Assembly (NCBI GenBank): GCA_041660165.1 | Contig: JBAZWW010000001.1 | Location: 105,035 to 169,034, forward strand | Source of the DNA: Patescibacteria group bacterium | GTDB lineage: Bacteria; Patescibacteriota; Patescibacteriia; UBA9934 | Direction of reading: 5' to 3' | Length of the DNA: 64,000 nucleotides | In this document: positions 27,515-38,919 of the stretch, piece by piece | Layout of the letters: every line of letters starts with the position of its first letter | How positions within the stretch are numbered: the first letter of the stretch is position 1 | Position numbers and translations under genes: made by a program | The notes under the pieces: generated by a model | Databases searched by the model: none | What the model was told of the DNA's origin: nothing | Seen by the model: the letters and a program-made list of their open reading frames with translations, nothing else

Positions 27515-27769
27515 ATGGCAGGGGATGATGTGCGGAAATATTACGTATTCGCGGCCAAGGCGGCGGGAGACATTCTGGCGACCATTTTGGTTCCAGGATT
27601 CCTGGTCCTTGTCCTCAAGTATGCGTTCCACCTTCCGTACAGCATTTTCCTTGGCCTGCTTATCGTGGCGCTAATTTTCACCGCCATGGTGCTCTGGAAA
27701 AAGATTACTGACTATGGCCGAGCGTACGACCAACTTAACGAAAGTGAGCTTCGCCGCCCTGGCAGCTGA
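27515..27769 (+). CDS. AtpZ/AtpI-like small membrane protein
   Basis: Two TM helices, first gene of the atp operon, TATACT -10 upstream. Confidence 0.6.
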   Translation: MAGDDVRKYYVFAAKAAGDILATILVPGFLVLVLKYAFHLPYSIFLGLLIVALIFTAMVLWKKITDYGRAYDQLNESELRRPGS

Positions 27770-28553
27770 ACCATTGTTTCGTCTTGGTCATTTCACGGTA
27801 ACGAATTCATTGCTGAACGCTTGGATAGCGGTCGGCATTTTTGTTGTCTTTGCGTTTATTGCTTCCCGCCGAAAGTCCATTGTTCCTCATGGCATTCATA
27901 ATGCGATTGAGGCTTTGTTTGAGGGCATGCTGGGCGAGGTTCAGAAGGTGACCGGCGACCGTAAGCGCGCCATGGCCTTCTTTCCCATTTTTGCCACCTT
28001 GTTTTTATACATTCTGGTTAATAATTGGATGGGACTCATTCCGGGGACCGGCACCATAGGCCTCAGCGGTGAAGAGTTTATTCCGCTTTTCCGTCCGGCG
28101 GCTGCGGATCTGAACTTCACGCTGGCGATTGCTGTTTTCTCCGTTGTTCTGGTTCAGTTGGTAGGTATCAGGGCCACCGGGTTTATGAATTACGTCAGCA
28201 AGTTCATAAACATTCGGGGAATTATTTGGGCAATTCCCAAAGGCCCAATGGCGATAGTAATTGCGATCATTGAATTTTTTGTTGGCCTCATTGAAATCGT
28301 CAGTGAGGTGGCGAAAGTGGTTTCACTATCGCTTCGGTTGTTCGGTAATGTTTTTGCCGGTGAAATTTTGATCAGCGTCATGCTATCGCTCTTTGCCTTC
28401 ATCTTGCCGGTGCCGTTTATGTTCCTTGAGGTCTTGGTTGGCCTTATCCAAGCCACAGTTTTTGCTATGCTGGTTTTGGTCTTCCTAACAGTGGCCACGG
28501 ACTCGCATGGGCATGATGATGGGGCCGAGCATGGGATTGAGCCCAGTCATTGA
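27714..28553 (+). CDS. atpB: ATP synthase Fo subunit a (start may be GTG 27744)
   Basis: NNWMGLIPG, ADLNFT, SLSLRLFGN, IQA.VF. Confidence 0.96.
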   Translation: MAERTTNLTKVSFAALAAEPLFRLGHFTVTNSLLNAWIAVGIFVVFAFIASRRKSIVPHGIHNAIEALFEGMLGEVQKVTGDRKRAMAFFPIFATLFLYILVNNWMGLIPGTGTIGLSGEEFIPLFRPAAADLNFTLAIAVFSVVLVQLVGIRATGFMNYVSKFINIRGIIWAIPKGPMAIVIAIIEFFVGLIEIVSEVAKVVSLSLRLFGNVFAGEILISVMLSLFAFILPVPFMFLEVLVGLIQATVFAMLVLVFLTVATDSHGHDDGAEHGIEPSH

Positions 28554-28561
28554 GCAGGGGA

Positions 28562-28857
<296 letters not shown>

Positions 28858-28878
28858 CCACCAGGTAATAGGTTTCTT

Positions 28879-28955
28879 TTCCCATCCTGAGCGAGAGCGA
28901 AGGATCCGACTTTCACCTGTGAGGGTCGGACCCCTCGCATAGCTCGGGGTGGGAA
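28879..28955. repeat. Palindromic element (TTCCCA...TGGGAA type)
   Basis: TTCCCATCCTGAGCGAGAGCGAAGGATCCGAC...GTCGGACCCCTCGCATAGCTCGGGGTGGGAA. Confidence 0.85.
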
Positions 28956-28988
28956 TGAGATGATACTCGAAAACAGATTTTTCAAACT

Positions 28989-29513
28989 ATGGCAGAAACT
29001 CAAACAGCAAGCGGAATAGCTGGCGTTATCCAGACATTTAATGTCCGCGGGGATCTTTTTCTGGGCCAACTGACAGGTTTTCTCATTGTCCTGGCGGTCA
29101 TGTGGCTCTTTGCGTATAAGCCCGTACTGAAAATGTTGAACGATCGCGAGGCTCGTATTGCTAAGAGCCTGAAGGACGCCGAAGAGATTGAAAAAAGAAT
29201 GGTCGAGGCTGAAAAAGAACGCGCTGTCATGGTTGCCTCTGCGCAGAAAGAAGCACAGGCCATGCTCGTCAAGGCCGCGGCCGATACTGAAGCTCGGAAA
29301 ACAGAAATGGTTGAAGCCGCTAAGCGCGAAGTAGAGCGCGTCATTCAGAAAGGGAAGGAGAAACTGCAGGAAGAGCATTCGGCTATGCTGATTGAGGCCA
29401 GGAAGGACCTCGTCGAAATTGCTGTGAAAGCTGCAGCGAAGATCCTCTCAACGGGTCTTGACGAAAAGAAGTCCTCATCTCTTGCCGAAGAGGTAGTGCG
29501 CAAGCTCACCTAA
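28989..29513 (+). CDS. atpF: ATP synthase subunit b
   Basis: TM anchor, FAYKPV...L..RE..I, coiled coil. Confidence 0.95.
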   Translation: MAETQTASGIAGVIQTFNVRGDLFLGQLTGFLIVLAVMWLFAYKPVLKMLNDREARIAKSLKDAEEIEKRMVEAEKERAVMVASAQKEAQAMLVKAAADTEARKTEMVEAAKREVERVIQKGKEKLQEEHSAMLIEARKDLVEIAVKAAAKILSTGLDEKKSSSLAEEVVRKLT

Positions 29514-29514
29514 T

Positions 29515-29907
29515 ATGAAGAAGAGCTTAAAACCACTTGCGGAAGCAATAGTCGAGCATCTCCACGGCAGAACTCGAAAAGAAATTGATAAAGAAATGGA
29601 CCTAGTCATCAAGTTCCTGGCCGATAAGAAATTACTTGGTCGAGTAAGAGATCTGGAAAAAGAAATTGGCGAGGCCTGGAAAGCAAAATTCGGTGCCTCA
29701 AAGGTCACGATTGTCTCCGCTCATCCGCTAACGAAGAAAGCCAGGTTAGAGATCGAGGAATTTGCTAAGGGCGCGGAGCTGGTTGAGCGAGTGGACGAAC
29801 GATTGATGGGCGGGGCGGTTATCCGAGCAGACGAGAGAAGGATCGACGGATCTTTAATCGGATCACTCCAACGCCTTAAGAATGCTCTTCTCAGAAATGA
29901 TGTGTAA
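29515..29907 (+). CDS. atpH: ATP synthase subunit delta (short form)
   Basis: VTIVSAHPL, VDERLMGG, IDGS; operon position. Confidence 0.9.
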   Translation: MKKSLKPLAEAIVEHLHGRTRKEIDKEMDLVIKFLADKKLLGRVRDLEKEIGEAWKAKFGASKVTIVSAHPLTKKARLEIEEFAKGAELVERVDERLMGGAVIRADERRIDGSLIGSLQRLKNALLRNDV

Positions 29908-29950
29908 AATCTGTCGCACCTTGTAATCCGTGTAAATTGTTTTCAAAAAT

Positions 29951-31459
29951 ATGGCTAAAAAAATGGATATAATTGAATCGCTCCGAGCGCAACTTGACGC
30001 CTTCTCAGCTGGCGCAGAAGTTGAACGCGTCGGCACTGTTGCCTCTGTTGGTGACGGCACCGCCCGTATGACCGGACTCTCAAACGCGATGAGCCAAGAA
30101 ATGTTGGACTTCGGTTCCGGCGTGATTGGTATTGCGCTAAACCTTGAAGAGCAGAGTACGGGCGCGATTCTTCTTTCTGGAGCCTCGACGGTTAAGGCGG
30201 GGGACACAGTGCGAGCCACGGGCAAGATTCTTTCAATTCCCGTTGGCGATGGCATCATCGGACGAGTCGTTGACTCTCTCGGCCAGCCCGTTGATGGCAA
30301 GGGCCCGATCGCTGATACAACGTTCGTCTCTGTTGAGAAAGTTGCTCCAGGCGTGATGACTCGCAAGTCAGTTGGCGTGCCATTGCAGACGGGCATCAAA
30401 GCGATCGACGCTCTAATCCCTATCGGCCGGGGCCAGCGCGAACTTATTATTGGCGATCGTCAGACGGGAAAAACAGCGATTGCGATTGATACCATTTTGA
30501 ACCAAGCCGGACAGAACGTGAAGTGTGTGTACGTTGCCATTGGTCAGAAAGAGTCGAAGGTGGCGCAGATCCGCGCCAGACTCGAGAAGGCAGGGGCGAT
30601 GGATTATACGACTATTGTGCTTGCCGGCGCGTCTGACCAGGCCGCCATGTTGTATATTGCGCCGTACACGGGCTGTGCCATTGCCGAATATTTCATGGCC
30701 AAGGGCGAAGATGTTTTGATCGTGTACGATGATCTTTCCAAGCATGCCTGGGCGTATCGTGAGATCTCGCTCTTGCTCCGCCGTCCGCCGGGACGCGAGG
30801 CCTATCCGGGAGACGTTTTCTACCTGCACTCCCGTTTGCTCGAGCGTTCTGCTCGTTTGAACGAAGAGAACGGCGGGGGATCGATCACCGCGCTTCCTAT
30901 CATCGAAACTCAAGGCGGAGACGTGGCGGCCTACATTCCAACGAACGTGATTTCGATTACCGATGGCCAGATTTATCTTGAATCCGATTTGTTTTACCGG
31001 GGACAGCGCCCAGCACTGAACGTCGGTCTCTCAGTTTCCCGCGTAGGCTCCGCCGCTCAGACCAAGGCGATGAAGAACGTGGCCAAGTCGCTCAAAGTTG
31101 ACCTGGCGCAGTTCCGTGAGCTTGAAGCGTTCGCACAGTTTGCGACAGATCTTGACGAAGCCACGAAGAAACAAATCGAACGCGGACGCCGGGCTATGGA
31201 GCTCATGAAACAGAAGCAATATTCGCCGATGCACTTTGCAGACCAGTCGATTGTTATCTTCGCACTGAATAACGGGTATCTCGACACCATTCCCGTAGCC
31301 GACGTCCTGCGGTTTGAGTCCGAATTACTCGAACTCATGCACGGCGTAGGCGCGGATCTTTTGAAGGCGATTGTTGAAAGCAAGGAAGTGACCGCTGAGT
31401 CAAAGGCGGAACTTGAGAAAATGCTGAAGACGTTTGTGGCGGGGTTCACCAAGGGATAA
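29951..31459 (+). CDS. atpA: ATP synthase subunit alpha
   Basis: [31 protein letters not shown]. Confidence 0.99.
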   Translation: MAKKMDIIESLRAQLDAFSAGAEVERVGTVASVGDGTARMTGLSNAMSQEMLDFGSGVIGIALNLEEQSTGAILLSGASTVKAGDTVRATGKILSIPVGDGIIGRVVDSLGQPVDGKGPIADTTFVSVEKVAPGVMTRKSVGVPLQTGIKAIDALIPIGRGQRELIIGDRQTGKTAIAIDTILNQAGQNVKCVYVAIGQKESKVAQIRARLEKAGAMDYTTIVLAGASDQAAMLYIAPYTGCAIAEYFMAKGEDVLIVYDDLSKHAWAYREISLLLRRPPGREAYPGDVFYLHSRLLERSARLNEENGGGSITALPIIETQGGDVAAYIPTNVISITDGQIYLESDLFYRGQRPALNVGLSVSRVGSAAQTKAMKNVAKSLKVDLAQFRELEAFAQFATDLDEATKKQIERGRRAMELMKQKQYSPMHFADQSIVIFALNNGYLDTIPVADVLRFESELLELMHGVGADLLKAIVESKEVTAESKAELEKMLKTFVAGFTKG

Positions 31460-31475
31460 CATCTTGACATGACTG

Positions 31476-31561
31476 TTCCCATCCCGAGCAATGCGAGGGA
31501 TCCGACTTTCTCCTGTGATAGTGGAGAGGGCCGGACCCTTCGCTCTCGCTCAGGGTGGGAA
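31476..31561. repeat. Palindromic element (TTCCCA...TGGGAA type)
   Basis: Related to the 28879 copy with the arm loops swapped. Confidence 0.85.
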
Positions 31562-31590
31562 GTGATACGAAGCACGAGCATCGCAACCAT

Positions 31591-32466
31591 ATGGCTCAAT
31601 CAAAAAAACTCATCAAGCTTCGCATCAAGTCGGTGCGCAACACTCGCAAAATTACCAAGGCGATGGAGCTTGTGGCTGCTTCAAAAATGCGCCGGGCGGT
31701 GGCTTCTGCTTTGCGCACTCGGTCATATGCGGATTCGGCGTTTGAGGCCATTCGTTCCGCGGCTGAGCAGGCGCCGGAAAACGTACAGAGCGTGCTCTTG
31801 CACGGCAACCCCAAGGCCAAGCGCTCGCTTGTGGTTCTGTTCTCAAGTGATCGAGGCCTGGCTGGCGGGCTGAACGTAAACCTGGCGCGGGCCGCGATTG
31901 AGAAAATCCGCGGACTAGGCGCCGGCGAGGTAGACGTGATCGGCGTGGGTAAGAAGGGCGCGGATGCGGTTGAGAGGGCGGGCATCAAAGTCATTGCTCG
32001 CTTCCCAGCGCTTTCAAACAATCCGGTCTATACCGATCTTCTTCCTACCGCCCGTTTAGCCCTCGACGAGTTCATGAAGGGAACGTACAAGACGGTCACG
32101 ATTGGCTATACGCATTTTGTCTCCGGTATTTCCCAGCGCCCAACTCTAAAAGATTTTCTCCCCTTTGCCTTTGAAGCCAAGTCCGGCAAAGCCGGATCCG
32201 GCTCTGCCGGAAATTTACGTTTTGAGCCTTCGCCCCATGAAGTCTTTGAACGGATGCTTCCCGCGGTTGCCAGAACAATGCTTTATCAGTCCTTGCTAGA
32301 GTCTGTAGCAAGCGAACACGCGGCCCGCATGCTCGCCATGAGAAACGCCTCAGACTCCGCTCTGGAAATGCTCGACAGCCTCACGTTCACCTATAACCAA
32401 GCCCGACAGGCAGGCATCACGCAAGAAATTGCAGAAATCAGTTCGGGTAAAGCAGCACTTGAATGA
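31591..32466 (+). CDS. atpG: ATP synthase subunit gamma
   Basis: RIKSVRNTRKITKAMELVAASK, SDRGLAG, YNQARQAGITQEI. Confidence 0.98.
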   Translation: MAQSKKLIKLRIKSVRNTRKITKAMELVAASKMRRAVASALRTRSYADSAFEAIRSAAEQAPENVQSVLLHGNPKAKRSLVVLFSSDRGLAGGLNVNLARAAIEKIRGLGAGEVDVIGVGKKGADAVERAGIKVIARFPALSNNPVYTDLLPTARLALDEFMKGTYKTVTIGYTHFVSGISQRPTLKDFLPFAFEAKSGKAGSGSAGNLRFEPSPHEVFERMLPAVARTMLYQSLLESVASEHAARMLAMRNASDSALEMLDSLTFTYNQARQAGITQEIAEISSGKAALE

Positions 32467-32477
32467 GGCTAGAATTA

Positions 32478-32575
32478 TTCCCATCCCGAGCAAAGCGAGG
32501 GATAGCAAGGAGGCCATTGGCTCACGACAAGTCTCAGTAAACCAATTCTATCCCTCCTCACGTCGGGATGGGAAC
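32478..32575. repeat. Palindromic element (TTCCCA...TGGGAA type)
   Basis: TTCCCATCCCGAGCAAAGCGAGGGATAG...CTATCCCTCCTCACGTCGGGATGGGAA. Confidence 0.85.
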
Positions 32576-32595
32576 CAAACACCATCCATCACTAA

Positions 32596-33966
<1,371 letters not shown>

Positions 33967-34054
33967 TCAGGTTTCAGGTGTCAGGTATCAGGTTATTGAA
34001 TGGATTCTTCAAAGAATTTAGTCCTCAACCTGACACCTGAAACCTGACACCTGA
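33967..34054. repeat. Inverted heptamer arrays (TCAGGTN)4...(NACCTGA)4
   Basis: Long stem-loop in the atpD-atpC spacer. Confidence 0.8.
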
Positions 34055-34060
34055 TGGAAT

Positions 34061-34492
34061 ATGTTGAAATACAAACTCATCACTCCCGACCGTATAGTTT
34101 CCGAAGGCGAGACCAGCTCGCTCACGGTCATGACGGAAAGCGGAGAGATCACCATTCTGCCCGGCCACATCCCGCTGGCTACGCTTTTGCGCGCCGGTGA
34201 AATGCGCGTAGGCTCAGGCGCAAAGGAGGAATTACTCGCCGTGTCTGGCGGAATGCTCGAAGTAAAACCGGGGAATGAGATTGTAATTCTCGCTGAAACT
34301 GCCGAGCATTCGCATGAGCTCGAACTCGCAGCGATTGAGGAAGCCAAGAAGCGCGCAGAAGACGCGCTTAAGGAAGCTCGAAATAGAAACGACGTTGGTT
34401 ACGCAGACGCCGCCGCCCACCTTGAAAGAGAACTGGCGAGGTATCGAGTAGCGATGAAAGGAAAGGGGAGACAACCGAAAGGGAGGGTCTAA
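34061..34492 (+). CDS. atpC: ATP synthase subunit epsilon
   Basis: LITPDR, GEITILPGH.P, VSGG.LEV. Confidence 0.96.
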   Translation: MLKYKLITPDRIVSEGETSSLTVMTESGEITILPGHIPLATLLRAGEMRVGSGAKEELLAVSGGMLEVKPGNEIVILAETAEHSHELELAAIEEAKKRAEDALKEARNRNDVGYADAAAHLERELARYRVAMKGKGRQPKGRV

Positions 34493-34557
34493 GACCCTCC
34501 CTAACAATGCAGAGAGCCCTCCTGCGCGATCCGCAAGGGGGCTCTTTCGATGAGGGC
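34480..34557. terminator. Tandem hairpins between atpC and a convergent orphan gene
   Basis: GGGAGGGTCT-A-AGACCCTCCC and AGAGCCCTC..GGGGGCTCT. Confidence 0.6.
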
Positions 34558-34559
34558 GA

Positions 34560-34886
34560 TCACGTGGCGTTCGCCCGGACAAGTTCGGCCACGAGTCTTG
34601 GTTTGAGCCACGGACTCGGGGTAATGAACTTGCTGATGTCATCGGGCAAAGGATCGCGGGCGTAGTCTGACAGCGGCAGGATGCGCGATTTCCTCGGGAC
34701 GGAACCGCGTTCCTCAGCGAGCTGGACGAAGATGTCTCCAGCTTCATCTACGCCGTAGTAGACCAAGAACGTGAATTTGGCGTCCATGTCTCCAGTCAGG
34801 TCCATTGCCTTCACGGTATCCACGCACACATGATGTGCGTCGGTCATCAGTTCGGGATACATGCCCGATTCTAGCGTATCTCCCAT
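34560..34886 (-). CDS. Orphan hypothetical protein
   Basis: AAGGGAGG SD, 3' hairpin like other orphan units. Confidence 0.6.
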   Translation of the reverse strand: MGDTLESGMYPELMTDAHHVCVDTVKAMDLTGDMDAKFTFLVYYGVDEAGDIFVQLAEERGSVPRKSRILPLSDYARDPLPDDISKFITPSPWLKPRLVAELVRANAT

Positions 34887-34950
34887 GAAACCTCCCTTAG
34901 GCAGAGCCCGTACTGACAATATTCCTTCTTCACACTACAATAGCCCGGCT

Positions 34951-37900
34951 ATGCCTGCAAACCCGCTTCTTGAAGATTTGAACCCTGAACAGCTGATGGC
35001 CGTGACCCACGGGGAAGGCCCGCTTATGATTATTGCTGGCGCGGGGACGGGAAAAACTACTGTGGTAACTAAGCGTATCGCGTGGTTGATCGAGCAGAAA
35101 TTGGCCGAGCCGAATGAGATCCTGGCGCTGACGTTTACGGATAAGGCGGCCAACGAAATGGAGGAACGCGTTGATCGATTATTACCGATGGGCTATCTCG
35201 ATCTTAGTATTTCGACATTCCATTCGTTCTGCGAGAAAGTTCTGCGCGAGCATGGAATTCACATTGGCATCCCCTCGGACTTTAAGCTGTATACCGAGGT
35301 TGATTGCTGGCTTTTGATGCGCCGAAATATTGATAGGTTCGAGCTCGACTATTTTAAGCCGAGGGGATCACCGACCAAGTTCCTTAGACAATTGCTTCAG
35401 CATTTTTCTCGCGCCAAGGATGAGGGAATCACGCCGGAGAAGTATCTGCTCGCCGTCGAGGAACTCGAATCAGTCATCCTGAGCGATGTTGTCATCTCGA
35501 GCGGAGCGAGAGATCTGATTGGCCAATCAAATCCCTCCTCACGTCGGGATGACAATGCGGTGAGCGACGAAGATCGGCTCGAACTTCAAAAGTGGCAGGA
35601 ACTTTCAAGTGCGTACGCCATGTATGAAACGTTGCTGTCTGAAAAGCACGCCATTGATTTTGGCGGGTTATTATTGCTGACGCTCGAGTTATTCAAAACT
35701 CGGCCGAACGTACTCGAGGAGTATAAGAAGCGGTTTAAATATATTATCGTCGACGAATTCCAGGACACGAATAGCATTCAGAATGAGCTCGTCAAAATCC
35801 TTGTTCACGAGCCGAGGAACATTACTGTCGTGGGCGACGACGACCAGGCCATTTATAAGTTTCGAGGCGCCGCTCTGGCAAACATTCTTGAGTTCAGAAC
35901 AGATTTTCCTGATGCATCTCGCGTGGTGCTGACTCGCAATTACCGAAGTGGAGCAACGATCCTCGACGCCGCTCACAAACTCATCCAGACAAACAACCCG
36001 CACCGGCTCGAAGCGAGCGAGGGACTCTCGAAAAAGCTTCAATCACAAACTGAGTCTGAGGGACTTGTCCGCCATTTGCACTGCGCCACTGCCGTTGAGG
36101 AGGTTGAGCAAGTTATTAAAGAAATCATCACGAAGCACGAGAGCGGGGAAGCGGAGTGGAGCGACTTTGCGATTCTGGCCAGATCGAATGACGCCGTTGA
36201 TCCGTTCCTTGAGGCCCTTGAACGCGCCGGCGTCCCGTATCATTTCGTGGCGCTCTCGGGTTTGTACACGAAGCCGATTATTCTTGATGCCATGGCGTAC
36301 ATGCGCGCGGTCTGCGAACCGTACCACTCGCCGGCGATGTATCGAATTTTGAGCCACCCCAGGCTCGGTCTCACTGAGGGTGACTTGTCCGAGCTGATGC
36401 GCTACGTTCGCCGAAAGTCTGGCGGAGCGATTATTGACGGCATGCGTTCACTCACTCAAGCGATTGGCATGTCGCTCGACGGACGCAATCGAGCCATGCA
36501 GATTACGACTATTATTGAGCAGTTGCGTGAGAAGGCCAAACGCCTACCAGTCACCGAGCTCTTCGTCTCGGTTCTCAAAGACACCGGTTTGCTTGGCGAC
36601 TTGAAAGTTCTCGCCGAACGAGACCAGCAGGAAAACTTCCGTCATCTCGAGGGCTTCCTGGCGCGTCTTAAGCGTTATGTAATCGCGAGTCCGGACAACA
36701 AGCTCCTCCCTGGTTTTCTCGAAGAGTTTGATGCCGAACGCGAGGCAGGGGAGGCTGGCGGATTACGGCCAGACGCCGAGGAAGGGCCGGACGTGGTGAA
36801 CGTCATGACGATTCACGCCGCTAAGGGGCTTGAGTTCAAATATGTGTTTGTCGTTAACATGATCGAGCAGAGATTTCCCTCGGTCTCACGCTCCGACCAA
36901 CTACCACTCCCGCCTGCGCTTGTTCGTAAGGTTGACGCTGCACTGGACGATCATGTAGCTGAGGAACGCCGGTTATTTTATGTGGCCATGACGCGAGCGA
37001 AAGAAGGTTTGTATCTTTGCTCGGCCGAGGATTACGGAGGTACCCGAAAACGCAAGCCGTCGAGATTCCTGGCCGAGCTCGGTTATCAAGCTCCGGTAGT
37101 CGAAAAGAAAAAAACGATCACGACCGATGATCTCCTCGATGAGCGCGCCGGCGGTAGGGACGAGGATCGAGCCATCCCCTCGTTGGCGCTCCCCACGAAA
37201 TTCTCCTTTTCGCAAATCGCCGCCTTTGGCAATTGTCCTCTGCAATACAAATACGCGCACATTCTCAAGATTCCCACCTTTGGCCGGCACCAGTTTAGCT
37301 TTGGCCAGAGCATGCACTTGACCCTTGAAAAGTTTGTAAAACGACTACTCGAGGCCGAGGGCAACACGCAAGTTTCATTGTTCGGTGCACCGCCGACTGC
37401 TCCCGTGCTACCGAGCGAACGAGAACTCCTCGAAATGTATTCAGCTTCATTTATTGACGAGTGGTACCCGGATTCAGCTACTCGTGAAAAGTATCGAGAA
37501 GAGGGCGTGAAGGCACTCAAGGAGTTTCACCGAAAAGTGGCCGAGAACACACCCAAACCACTCCTTCTCGAAGCTGGCTTCACTTTGAAGATCGGCGATA
37601 TCTTGATGAAGGGTCGGATCGACAGAATTGACTCGGTTGACGGCGGTGTCGAGATCATTGACTACAAGACTGGTCGAGCGAAAGAAAAACTCGAATGGGA
37701 CGACCGCCGACAGTTGTTGCTGTACGCGCTCGCCGGCGAGCAATGTTTTAATCCTCCACTCATCGTGAAAGCACTGACATATTATTACGTAGAGACAAAC
37801 CAGACCATGAGTTTTGCGCCAACAGAAAAGGACAAAGAAAAACTACTCGATGAGATTCAAGAGACAGTTGGTGGTATTCGAACGAGCTCGTTCGAGGCCA

Positions 37901-37965
37901 AGCCCGGACCGTTTACGTGCAAGTACTGTGATTTTAAAGATATTTGTCCGAAAGCTGAGCTGTAA
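34951..37965 (+). CDS. UvrD/PcrA-like SF1 helicase fused to a PD-(D/E)XK Fe-S nuclease (AdnAB/AddA-like)
   Basis: AGAGTGKT, VDEFQDTN, GDDDQAIY, TIHAAKGLEF, EERRLFYVAMTRA; GRIDRID..IIDYKTG; C...CKYCDFKDIC. Confidence 0.95.
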   Translation: MPANPLLEDLNPEQLMAVTHGEGPLMIIAGAGTGKTTVVTKRIAWLIEQKLAEPNEILALTFTDKAANEMEERVDRLLPMGYLDLSISTFHSFCEKVLREHGIHIGIPSDFKLYTEVDCWLLMRRNIDRFELDYFKPRGSPTKFLRQLLQHFSRAKDEGITPEKYLLAVEELESVILSDVVISSGARDLIGQSNPSSRRDDNAVSDEDRLELQKWQELSSAYAMYETLLSEKHAIDFGGLLLLTLELFKTRPNVLEEYKKRFKYIIVDEFQDTNSIQNELVKILVHEPRNITVVGDDDQAIYKFRGAALANILEFRTDFPDASRVVLTRNYRSGATILDAAHKLIQTNNPHRLEASEGLSKKLQSQTESEGLVRHLHCATAVEEVEQVIKEIITKHESGEAEWSDFAILARSNDAVDPFLEALERAGVPYHFVALSGLYTKPIILDAMAYMRAVCEPYHSPAMYRILSHPRLGLTEGDLSELMRYVRRKSGGAIIDGMRSLTQAIGMSLDGRNRAMQITTIIEQLREKAKRLPVTELFVSVLKDTGLLGDLKVLAERDQQENFRHLEGFLARLKRYVIASPDNKLLPGFLEEFDAEREAGEAGGLRPDAEEGPDVVNVMTIHAAKGLEFKYVFVVNMIEQRFPSVSRSDQLPLPPALVRKVDAALDDHVAEERRLFYVAMTRAKEGLYLCSAEDYGGTRKRKPSRFLAELGYQAPVVEKKKTITTDDLLDERAGGRDEDRAIPSLALPTKFSFSQIAAFGNCPLQYKYAHILKIPTFGRHQFSFGQSMHLTLEKFVKRLLEAEGNTQVSLFGAPPTAPVLPSERELLEMYSASFIDEWYPDSATREKYREEGVKALKEFHRKVAENTPKPLLLEAGFTLKIGDILMKGRIDRIDSVDGGVEIIDYKTGRAKEKLEWDDRRQLLLYALAGEQCFNPPLIVKALTYYYVETNQTMSFAPTEKDKEKLLDEIQETVGGIRTSSFEAKPGPFTCKYCDFKDICPKAEL
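35473..35555. repeat. In-frame palindromic element inside the helicase gene
   Basis: GTCATCCTGAGCG..GTCATCTCGAGCGGAGCGAGAGATCT..ATCCCTCCTCACGTCGGGATGAC encoding VILSDVVISSGARDLIGQSNPSSRRDDN. Confidence 0.9.
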
Positions 37966-37977
37966 GGGCGCGTGTTT

Positions 37978-38078
37978 TTCCATCCCGAGCAGAGCGAGGG
38001 ATAGAATTGGCTAGTGAAATTTGTCACGATCCTCGTCCAACGGCATCCATGCTACCCCTCCTGTCGTCGGGGTGGGAA
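37978..38078. repeat. Palindromic element (TTCCA...TGGGAA type)
   Basis: CATCCCGAGCAGAGCGAGGGATAG...CTACCCCTCCTGTCGTCGGGGTGGGAA. Confidence 0.85.
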
Positions 38079-38097
38079 TCATCCCAATTACTCGAAT

Positions 38098-38430
38098 ATG
38101 CAAAAACGCAGTCCGCTCACGTCCGTCAGTAGCATGATGGAATCCGTCATGGCCAGGCATGGCATTGGCAAACAGGTGCTGTCCGCGCAGGTTGTTCGAC
38201 GGGCAAACACTATGCTCGGCGAGCTCATAACGCCCGAGATGCTTGGCGACATTCGTGTCTTGAGCCTGAAGGACGGCGTCCTGACACTCGCCTGCAGAAA
38301 TAACGTAGCCATGTATGACGCGGAGAATATTGGCAAGAAGATCGCCAGGGCGCTTGAGGAGGAATTTCCGTCTCTCTCATTGACCGCCATGGCCAGGCTT
38401 CGGCCAGAGGCCTTCAACGAGGTATACTAG
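38098..38430 (+). CDS. DciA/DUF721-like protein
   Basis: Helical N-terminus, then RVLSLKDGVLTLAC.N...M pattern. Confidence 0.6.
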   Translation: MQKRSPLTSVSSMMESVMARHGIGKQVLSAQVVRRANTMLGELITPEMLGDIRVLSLKDGVLTLACRNNVAMYDAENIGKKIARALEEEFPSLSLTAMARLRPEAFNEVY

Positions 38431-38437
38431 CCCGGCT

Positions 38438-38851
38438 ATGAACCTTCGCCAGTACCTCCTCATTCTTGCGCTTGGCACCGCGGTGGCCCTGGGCGCCTGG
38501 GCCATTGTGCTTATGGCCATTGATCCCGCTACCGCTGGCGGGCTGTCGCTTCTCATCTTCTATGTCACGCTCGGCAGTGGTCTGGTGGGCCTCTTTACGA
38601 TTGTCGGGACCGTACTACGAGCCCGAAAATTCAAGGACAGTGGTATCGGCATTGCCGTCACTCGATCTCTCAGACAGGGCACTTTGCTGTCAATCCTCTT
38701 GATTGCTTCCTTAATTCTTCTCTCGACTGGTCGATTCTCAACGCCTCTACTCTTCCTCATGGTTGGCATCTCTGCCTTGATCGAGTTTTTCTTCTTGTTT
38801 TTCCAGGAACGGCACGCCGGTATTGAAACGGAAACCGAGCCAACGGCATAA
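38438..38851 (+). CDS. 4-TM membrane protein
   Basis: Hydrophobic ORF with IDP, SLRQG.L and IEFFF motifs. Confidence 0.75.
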   Translation: MNLRQYLLILALGTAVALGAWAIVLMAIDPATAGGLSLLIFYVTLGSGLVGLFTIVGTVLRARKFKDSGIGIAVTRSLRQGTLLSILLIASLILLSTGRFSTPLLFLMVGISALIEFFFLFFQERHAGIETETEPTA

Positions 38852-38919
38852 TCGCTTTTTGCTCCACACCCCGCCTTGTCCCCAAAACCTCCCCGTGGTG
38901 AAATGCGCGTGGACACCCT

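Noticed and set aside
34951-37965. Helicase-nuclease fusion as a novel defence system or Cas4-linked gene
   Set aside because: The architecture matches known AdnAB/AddA-type repair enzymes and it sits in housekeeping context.
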